From an uncultured bacterium (GTDB lineage: Bacteria > Edwardsbacteria > AC1 > EtOH8), in the NCBI GenBank assembly GCA_963780225.1, contig CAWAAX010000021.1, positions 1 through 18,795 on the forward strand: DNA of 18,795 nt. Reading direction: 5' to 3'. The position numbers and the translations under genes are program-made. Shown here one piece after another: positions 8,735 to 15,197 of this stretch (positions are counted from its first letter, which is position 1; each line of letters begins with the position of its first letter). The notes below the pieces were generated by a model. That model searched no databases, had not been told where the DNA came from, and saw only the letters and a program-made list of their open reading frames with translations.

Positions 8735-8763
8735 AAGAGGCCGGTTTTAAAAACCGGCCTCTT
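8735..8763 (-). terminator. Terminator after the foldase gene
   Basis: 14-bp inverted repeat aagaggccggtttt / aaaaccggcctctt followed by a U-rich tail on the - strand. Confidence 0.8.
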
Positions 8764-8787
8764 GATGCTGGATCGGAGTTACTATGG

Positions 8788-10251
8788 TTACTTCTTGCCG
8801 CCCTCTTTTTGTTCCGGCTGGGCGGGGGCGGCCGGGGTTTCCTCGGGATAGGTGATGGTGGCCTCGGCCTTGAGGCGGTTCAGCAGGTTGTCGAAGTTCG
8901 CCTTCTGCTGGTCCCGCTGCAGTTGCCCGGCGATCTGGCTTTTGACCTGATCAAACGTTTTGAAGCCGGCCGGGGTCTTCTCTTCGACCTTATAGATGGC
9001 ATACTGGGTGAAATATTTGACCGGAGCTGTGGTATAGGCGCCGTCCTTAAGCTTGCCGGCGGCGGCAAAGACCTTGGAATCTATCTGAGTCTTGTCCACC
9101 AGTCCCAGGTCGCCGGCCTTATCCCTGGTGGCGGCGTCGGTTGAAACTTTTCCGGCCAGACTGTCGAACTTGTCGGGGTTGGCCTTAAGGTCGGTCAGCG
9201 CTTTGTTGGCATCGGCCTCGGTGTTGAAAACCATCCAGCGCAGGTGCAGCTTGGAGCCTTCCTTCTTGATCCGCTTGACCACCGCAAATTTGGGGGAGAT
9301 GGGGGTGATCGAAGATATCTTGCCCTTGGGAGTCTTGACGAAAAGCACCGGATCAAGATCGGGGTTGTCTCCCCGGTTCAGCTGGGCCATCTCGCCGCCC
9401 TTATGGGAATTGTCGGACACCGAGTATTTCATGGCCAGGCTGTCAAAGAAGGATTTTTTCATCTGGGCCAGCTTCAGCACCTTTTCGGCCTCGGCTTTGG
9501 TGTTCACTATGATATTGCGGGCCTTGACAGTTTCCTTGATCTTGTAGTCATTCTTATTGGCTTCGTAGTTCTTTTTGATCTCCTGCTCGGTGGGCTGCGA
9601 CTTCAGGATCACCTCATTGTTGTAAAATCCACGGATCATTACGTCGTAGCGGGTGTCCACCAACTGCTGGTTTATGGCCGGGTCGTTTCCTATTCCCGCC
9701 TTGACCGCTGCGTCATATAACAGCTTTTTCTGGATCAGCCTTTCCAAAAATTGTTTTTTGCCGGCCTCGCTCTCGAACTGGGCCCGGTACTGGCCAGGGA
9801 CCTTCTCCAGTTCAGCGTCAAACTCCAGCTTGGTGATGGGCTGGCCGTTGATGATCACCGAGTATTCCTTGAAATTCTTGTTGAAGCAGCGTCCCACGCC
9901 TTCCATGGCCAGGCTGTCGGCCTGGGCCAGCCGGGCGGGCTTGTCTTTGTAGAGGGTGACCACCTTCTGATATTCTTCGGCGGCTTTTTGATAATCACCG
10001 GAGTGTTCGTAGGCCAGTCCTAAGTAATAGGCATAATCCTTGATCATCTTTGATTTAGGATAGGTCTCCAGGAGTTCGGTAAAGTTGGCGATCGCCTCGG
10101 AATTTTGCTGGTAGTTCAGGTTCAGCTGGGCTATCTTATACATCAGGTCTTCGGGGCTGGCGGTCTTTTTCTTTTCGGCGGCCAGGGCCAAAGATGAAGT
10201 AAGCAGTAGCGACAAGGCCAGGACCATGGTCAATAGTTTTTTCGGGGACAT
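8788..10251 (-). CDS. Exported foldase: TPR domain, SurA/PrsA-like N domain and two parvulin (PpiC) domains
   Basis: Signal peptide (..SLALA/A); TPR-like FTELLETYPKS..AYYLGLAYEHSGDYQKAAEEYQKVV; INGQPITKLEF..FLERLIQKKLL; two parvulin cores (FDSLAMKYS..GGEM and FDSLAGKVSTD..AGDLG); SD GGAGG. Confidence 0.85.
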   Translation of the reverse strand: MSPKKLLTMVLALSLLLTSSLALAAEKKKTASPEDLMYKIAQLNLNYQQNSEAIANFTELLETYPKSKMIKDYAYYLGLAYEHSGDYQKAAEEYQKVVTLYKDKPARLAQADSLAMEGVGRCFNKNFKEYSVIINGQPITKLEFDAELEKVPGQYRAQFESEAGKKQFLERLIQKKLLYDAAVKAGIGNDPAINQQLVDTRYDVMIRGFYNNEVILKSQPTEQEIKKNYEANKNDYKIKETVKARNIIVNTKAEAEKVLKLAQMKKSFFDSLAMKYSVSDNSHKGGEMAQLNRGDNPDLDPVLFVKTPKGKISSITPISPKFAVVKRIKKEGSKLHLRWMVFNTEADANKALTDLKANPDKFDSLAGKVSTDAATRDKAGDLGLVDKTQIDSKVFAAAGKLKDGAYTTAPVKYFTQYAIYKVEEKTPAGFKTFDQVKSQIAGQLQRDQQKANFDNLLNRLKAEATITYPEETPAAPAQPEQKEGGKK

Positions 10252-10378
10252 GCTGCCTCCTAAATTTGATTTATGGTGGGTTTATTGATTATTAGTTTAT
10301 CTAAAAGGAAATTTCAAATGACAGGGGAGAGACAGTCCTTAGAGTTGTTTTAAAATGGAAGATATCTTGAGGTACATT

Positions 10379-10636
10379 TTATACGGAGTTAAGCCATGGA
10401 GGGTATTCAATGTCCATCCGGTATCTTTGAAGGGGGTGCAGATCATCAGCAATATTAAGGACGATGAAAACATGAGGCGGGGTAAAAACATAACTTCTGG
10501 CTGGGGAAGAATGATCACAACAGGACAGCAAACAAACGCAGGTATGCTTCGATTTGTTTTCATCATGGCAATCCGCGAAAACGAAAAGGACCGAAGCCAT
10601 CAAGACCAAAAGCATCAAGGCGCAAGCGGTGCGCAT
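10379..10636 (-). CDS. 85-aa exported Cys/His-rich small protein with C-terminal IEYPP motif (candidate leader/arrest peptide)
   Basis: ATG at 10636, 2 nt after the upstream stop. MRTACALMLLVLMASVLFVFA (signal-like) / DCHDENKSKHTCVCLLSCCDH ... DIEYPPWLNSV. Confidence 0.65.
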   Translation of the reverse strand: MRTACALMLLVLMASVLFVFADCHDENKSKHTCVCLLSCCDHSSPARSYVFTPPHVFIVLNIADDLHPLQRYRMDIEYPPWLNSV

Positions 10637-10638
10637 GT

Positions 10639-11265
10639 TCAATGCACCAGCCACTGCATCACCGCCCCGGCGGCCAGGGGCACCCGGATGTTGTCGTCCA
10701 GCGGTATGGGCAGCAGCTCCACGATCATGGCCACGGCGGCTCCGATCACCATCCGGGACAGGCTCAGGTCGGAATGGGGCAGGAAGATCAATACGGTCCC
10801 GATCAGCAGGCATCCGGCTAAGCCGGCGGCCGTGCCCTCAAAGGATTTTAAAAAGAACCTGGTCCGTCCCAGGTTGCGGCCCACCATGGCGGCCAGGGCG
10901 TCGCCGATCACCAGAAAACAGATGGAGGCCATGGCGATGAACGGCTGGAAAAGCACAATGCAGGCCAGCGATGACAGCATCAGGTAGGTGGCCCCGGTCA
11001 GGGCGTCGATCTCGTGCCGCCGCAGCAGGGGGCCGAAGATGTCGATGAAGATTATCTTGATGAATTGGTGGCGCAGCCGGATGATGTCCAGGGCCAAAGT
11101 GGCGGCGGCGGCGGCCAGCAGGATCCACTTAGCCAGATAGGTATATGGCTTGCCTGATGACTGCTCCAGCATAAACGCTCCGTAATAAAGGAAGGGAACG
11201 GTCAGCCCGGCCAGCATATGAAAGGCTTTGCGCCTGATCTCGCGCTGCAGATTAAGGGTGGTCAT
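10639..11265 (-). CDS. CTP-dependent polyprenol/diacylglycerol kinase-like membrane protein (SEC59/DGK1/VTE5, cytidylyltransferase fold)
   Basis: REIRRKAFH, LLRRHE..LTGATY, IGDALAAMVGR, KSFEG, VELL..LDDNIRVP; multiple TM helices. ATG at 11265 preferred because the longer start lies in a repeat. Confidence 0.85.
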   Translation of the reverse strand: MTTLNLQREIRRKAFHMLAGLTVPFLYYGAFMLEQSSGKPYTYLAKWILLAAAAATLALDIIRLRHQFIKIIFIDIFGPLLRRHEIDALTGATYLMLSSLACIVLFQPFIAMASICFLVIGDALAAMVGRNLGRTRFFLKSFEGTAAGLAGCLLIGTVLIFLPHSDLSLSRMVIGAAVAMIVELLPIPLDDNIRVPLAAGAVMQWLVH

Positions 11266-11283
11266 ATTTTTATGTAATCGTTC

Positions 11284-11390
11284 AGCCACAAAGGCACTAA
11301 GACACAAATGCAATTAACAATTAACGAAATCAGCCCCTTGGGATCCCATTCGACTGCGCTCAGGAAATGCTTAGTGGCTCAGAGTAGCTT
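11284..11390. repeat. Composite intergenic repeat: 8-mer tandem arms with a nested mini-element
   Basis: ccacaaag gcactaag acacaaat (11286-11309), caattaa x2 (11311-11324), ttcgactgcgctcagg (11349-11364), inverted arm cttagtg (11370-11376). Confidence 0.65.
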
Positions 11391-11398
11391 TAAAAAGG

Positions 11399-12364
11399 TT
11401 AAAAGTTCAACGAAGCCGAAAGCCGGGTGCTATTGCCCAGGTCCTGGCTTCCCAGATAGGCGTAATCAAAACTGAAGCGTCCCAGCACCAGGCCGGCCCC
11501 GGCCGCCAGCCGTCCCAGGTCGGAGCCCAGACGCAGGGCCAGCCGTTGTTTTAAGACATATTCCAGGCCGTAGTGAGAGTCGGCGCTAAAATTTCCCAGA
11601 TAGTATTGCGAGGCGGTCCGCCGCCCTTCGAACCTGACATCAAGGCCGCCGGAGATTGTCAAGGCTTTGTTCCCGGCAAAATCAGGATTCCAGGAGAGAC
11701 CCAGCCGGGCGGCCGGGGAGATGATCTCCTTTTCTCCGGTGTCCCAGGCCAGGTAGGTGGTGGTGATGTCCTGAAGGTTCAAGCCCAAACGCAGATCGTG
11801 CGGCAACCGGGCCAGCATCCCGGCATCCAGCCCGATGCCCCAGGCGCTGTTGGAGCCTACCGACTTGTTGACCAATTTCAGATTGGCGCCCCAGAAAACA
11901 TCCTTGCGGTACATCCGGCTGTAATTCAGGAACAGGGCCGATTCGGCGTCCTGGATCTCGGTGATCAGGCCGTAGTCCAGCCGCTCGCCGGGATCCATCA
12001 GGCCGTTGCCGTTGATGTCGATCAAAGCGTCGTTGGTATAGGGGATCCCCTTGATGGAAAGCCTGATGAACACCAGTCCCAGTCCCCCGTTCCTGACCGG
12101 GCGGCTGTATCCCAGTGCGTCGTAGGTCAAAAGGCCGTCAAAGTTAGAGGAATGGTTGAAGATCATCTGGTGGCTGGAGAGGGCTGTGGCCGCGGGATTC
12201 CAGTAGGAGGAGAACCCGTCGTCGGCGATGGAGACATACGCCCCGCCCAGCCCCAGGGCCCGGCCTCCCATGCCAAAGCTCAAAAACTCTCCGGCATATT
12301 TTGCGGCCAGGGCCGGAGCGGCGGTCAGGCTAAGAGCCAGTATCAGTATGAATGATTTACGCAT
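11399..12364 (-). CDS. PorV/PorQ (UPF0164)-like outer-membrane beta-barrel protein
   Basis: Signal peptide; FLSFGMGGRALGLGGAYVSIADD..YWNPA; amphipathic strands; FDYAY..LG...RLSASLNF with terminal Phe. ATG at 12364 preferred. Confidence 0.82.
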   Translation of the reverse strand: MRKSFILILALSLTAAPALAAKYAGEFLSFGMGGRALGLGGAYVSIADDGFSSYWNPAATALSSHQMIFNHSSNFDGLLTYDALGYSRPVRNGGLGLVFIRLSIKGIPYTNDALIDINGNGLMDPGERLDYGLITEIQDAESALFLNYSRMYRKDVFWGANLKLVNKSVGSNSAWGIGLDAGMLARLPHDLRLGLNLQDITTTYLAWDTGEKEIISPAARLGLSWNPDFAGNKALTISGGLDVRFEGRRTASQYYLGNFSADSHYGLEYVLKQRLALRLGSDLGRLAAGAGLVLGRFSFDYAYLGSQDLGNSTRLSASLNF

Positions 12365-12530
12365 TAACACGGATATAGAAATATCCTATCGTTTAAGGTT
12401 TTACGAAAGCAGAAAAACAGCAAAGCGCCGTGGAACAAAGGTTCAAACGGCATCGTCGGCTGGCGGGAAGTAGGTCAGTTTTTCTGTGTTCCGTACCTTA
12501 AAGCAGCGATAGGATATTCTCCGTAATTAT
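12365..12530 (-). ncRNA. Unclassified ~165-nt rod-shaped structured RNA or 5' leader
   Basis: Nested inverted repeats: 12368-12373/12520-12525, 12380-12391/12507-12518 (12 bp perfect), 12392-12399/12495-12502 (8 bp), 12410-12418/12478-12486 (9 bp), and an inner hairpin at 12427-12451. Begins at the predicted TSS. Confidence 0.6.
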
Positions 12531-12536
12531 CTTGTA

Positions 12537-12565
12537 AATATACTCTAAAAATCACTTTTTGTCAA
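12537..12565 (-). promoter_or_regulatory. sigma70 promoter driving the structured RNA and porV-like gene
   Basis: TTGACA (12565-12560), 17 nt, TATATT (12542-12537). Confidence 0.8.
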
Positions 12566-14858
12566 GATTGGTCAGCCGGTTAAACGTTTCCATCCCGGGT
12601 TTGATGGGTGCGGAAGGGGTGGTCTGCAGGAAACGGGCGAAGCCGAGCGAGGTCAAGGGAACTGTTCTCCCATACCGTCAGATCGGCCGGGAAGGGCAGG
12701 GATTTTGGGAACCCGGAGCTTATCAGGCTGGTGTTCTGCAGATTGCCGGTGGCGCCGAACCATTTGCCTAAAGCCATCTGCTGGCTGGAGCTCAGGCTGT
12801 CGCTGACAACGACCACGATCCGGGAATATTTGTAGGCCAGGTTGGGGAAAAGGCTGTCGATGATGGTGTGGTTGACCACCAGCCCCCTGGCCCGGGCCAG
12901 CTGCGCGGCCTTTCAGGGCCAGCTGAAAACTCTTGCTGTCCCGGCTGGTGGGCGAACAGGATATCGCCGCCGGAACGGAAGGCCTGCCACTGCCGGAAGG
13001 GCTGGTTCAGATAGGTCTGGGGGAAATAGGAGAACACCACTATCTGGTCGCGGTGGTCGGAACTGCCCCAGGTGATGCGGTAGGCCGCCATCCCGGTTTT
13101 GGGAATGTTTCCCAGCCTGATCACGGTGTCGGGCAGGGAGGAGGCCAGGTCAAATTCCTTCTGCCTTAAGGGGCTGCCGGGGGTCAGGGCTTCGATCTTA
13201 AGGTCATTGACCGGGCTCAGCAGTTTTAAGCTCAAAGAAAGGGAATTGTCGGTGGTCATCAGCCGGGCGGTCAGGGGATAAAGGCCCAGTTCCTGCCTTA
13301 GCTTGGAGAACCCGGCGGCCCCGGCTATCAGCCATTCCTGGCTGCTGTAGGGACCCTTGCGGCCCCGCATTCCCCGGAACATGTCGTGCCAGAACATCCC
13401 CTTAAGTCTGCCGCCGTCGGTATAGCCCTTGATGGCGTCGGTCCAGCGCCAGTACATCTCCTCCGGGGCCGGCGGGTTGACGCTGTTCTGCAGCAGGGGG
13501 AAGTCAACCTCCTGGCCCACCAAAAGCTGGGCCTCGTCGCCCTTCAGGTAATTGGACCAGTCGCTGGTCATCTGAAAACAGTGCTTGGCGGTGGACTCAT
13601 ACATCATCACCGCGGCCATGTCCAGGCCGGCGTCGTTCATCATGGCCGGGTCCTGGCCGTGCTCGTGGCCCTTGTCCCAGCCCAGGGTAAAGCCCCAGAC
13701 CGGCTTGGTGACCCCGGAACCCTCCATCAATTTGACCACGGCCAGGGCAGTCCTATGGGCCTGCCACCACTGCCAGCGGGCGTGGACGGTGTTGACCTCG
13801 TTGACCCGGACCTGCTTTGCCACCCATATGATCCTCTGGTTGGGCGGCCATTTCCTCCAGTCTTGGGGAGTCTCCACGTTCATCTGCTCCACGAACTGGT
13901 TCACCGTCTCGTAGCCGCCGGCCCCGGGCCGGATGTAATCCAGCCCGATGAAATCCACGTTGGGCTCCTGCTCCAGCACCTTCATCACCTTGACGATGTC
14001 GTCCCGGCGCTTGGCGTCGTCCAGGCTCACGTGATGGTTGCGGAAGACCCCGCCCTTGCCGGCCTCGATGGAATATTCGTATTTCAGTTTTTTCAGCGGC
14101 GGGCCCCACAGGAGATAGCTGCCGACATAGCCGCCGAACTGTAGTCCCTGGTCGTGGGCCTCCTTGGCCAGCCGGGGCAGGGCCTTGAAGTTGTCCTTGA
14201 CCCAGGGGTTCTTGTCGTTGGTGCCGGGATATCCCTCGATGGTCCAGCCCAGGGAGAACCAGACGGCGTCGGCCCCCAGGAATTTTGCCCAGTCCCCGAA
14301 GTTCTGCCATTTGCGGCTGGCGTTGTAGGGCGAGCGCAGGGCTGTGCGGGAAACGTCGCAGGAACTCTCTATGGTCATTACGCAGAACCCGGCCGGGATG
14401 GGTTTTGGGGTGCGGGACTTGACTATAAAACTGGTTGAATCAGAAAGTAGTAACGTATTAACGTAGGACGGTAGTAACGTAGTAGAGTCAATCTTGGTTT
14501 GTTTGGAGATCACAGACAGCACGGCCTTGTAGCCGCCCAGCGGCGGGTTCCAGGGTAGGGGCCAGGTGCCGCGCCAGGAGCTTTGGTTCGGATCATAGCG
14601 CAGGCTTACCTCCCGGCAGTCCCCGGCGCTGATCAGCGCGGTGTCGGCGAAGAAGAACTTTACGCTGACGGCGGAGGAATCGGGATCGATATTTTGGGAT
14701 GAGTCCGGCTTGAAGTTCAGGGAAACCATTTCGTAGCGGAAGTATTCGGTCTTGTCCACCGAGAAATAGGGCGACTGGTACGGGCCGCTGACGGTGCCGA
14801 GGTTCAGAGCCAGAAGAGAGATGGCCAGGAGGCTGGCGATGGAGAGGTATTTGTGCAT
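12552..14858 (-). CDS. Secreted hypothetical protein with glycoside hydrolase-like TIM barrel; 3' end disrupted by frameshifts
   Basis: Signal peptide; AKEAHDQGLQFGGYV and VDFIGLDYIRP resemble GHL10/DUF4015-type barrels. ORF 12792-14858 continues into ORF 12580-12879 near 12910-12930; a further shift near 12657-12659 would end the gene at TGA 12552. The end coordinate is inferred. Confidence 0.65.
14447..14486 (+). repeat. 5 x 8-nt degenerate tandem repeat inside a CDS
   Basis: gtagtaac gtattaac gtaggacg gtagtaac gtagtaga. Confidence 0.65.
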
Positions 14859-14865
14859 AGTGTAG

Positions 14866-14950
14866 ACCTCACCCCCGACCCCTCTCCTGATACTTCGACA
14901 TGACTTCGACGTTAGCTCAGTCGAACGCTCAGTAACATCAGGAGAGGGGA
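14866..14950. repeat. REP-like palindrome containing two nested copies of a mini-element
   Basis: 13-bp inverted repeat cccctctcctgat (14879-14891) / atcaggagagggg (14937-14949) enclosing acttcgaca-tg-[acttcgacgttagctcagtcgaa]-cgctcagt. Confidence 0.75.
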
Positions 14951-14970
14951 GCAGGAGGCGAGTATTAAGC

Positions 14971-15117
14971 TCAGTTATTGTTTTCAGCTGGTTGTTTCTC
15001 GGGGAATATCTTGATCAGCACCATCACCAGGCCGTAGAAGATCAGGATGAAGGTGAAGATGCCAGCCATGCCCATGGCCATTAGCTTTAGGCTTTCGTTG
15101 AAGTTGGTCCAGTCCAT
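14971..15117 (-). CDS. OadG-related small membrane subunit (48 aa), not in the ORF track
   Basis: MDWTNFNESLKLMAMGMAGIFTFILIFYGLVMVLIKIFPEKQPAENNN; single TM helix with a GMxxIF motif typical of decarboxylase gamma subunits; directly downstream of oadB. Confidence 0.82.
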   Translation of the reverse strand: MDWTNFNESLKLMAMGMAGIFTFILIFYGLVMVLIKIFPEKQPAENNN

Positions 15118-15123
15118 CTCGGT

Positions 15124-15192
15124 AAATCCTAATTTCTAATTTCTAAATCCTAAAGTTTAGTATTTAGGGTTTAGGGTTTCGGGTTTATGGTT
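15124..15192. repeat. Inverted arrays of 7-nt repeats
   Basis: aaatcct aatttct aatttct aaatcct aaa-g-ttt agtattt agggttt agggttt cgggttt. Confidence 0.75.
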
Positions 15193-15197
15193 AGGGG

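Noticed and set aside
10637..10813. N-terminal extension of the 144-aa ORF 10379-10813
   Set aside because: It overlaps the kinase-like gene in another frame and has Arg/Pro/Gly shadow composition; ATG 10636 gives a clean signal peptide.
12365..12530. Retron msr-msd, SRP RNA or tmRNA as the identity of the rod RNA
   Set aside because: No reverse transcriptase nearby, no SRP CAGG..GNRA..AGCAG motif and no tRNA-like ends.
15156..15196. TTTAGGG units resembling plant telomeric repeats
   Set aside because: Only about two exact units, part of an inverted heptamer array inside a bacterial operon; no sign of eukaryotic contamination.
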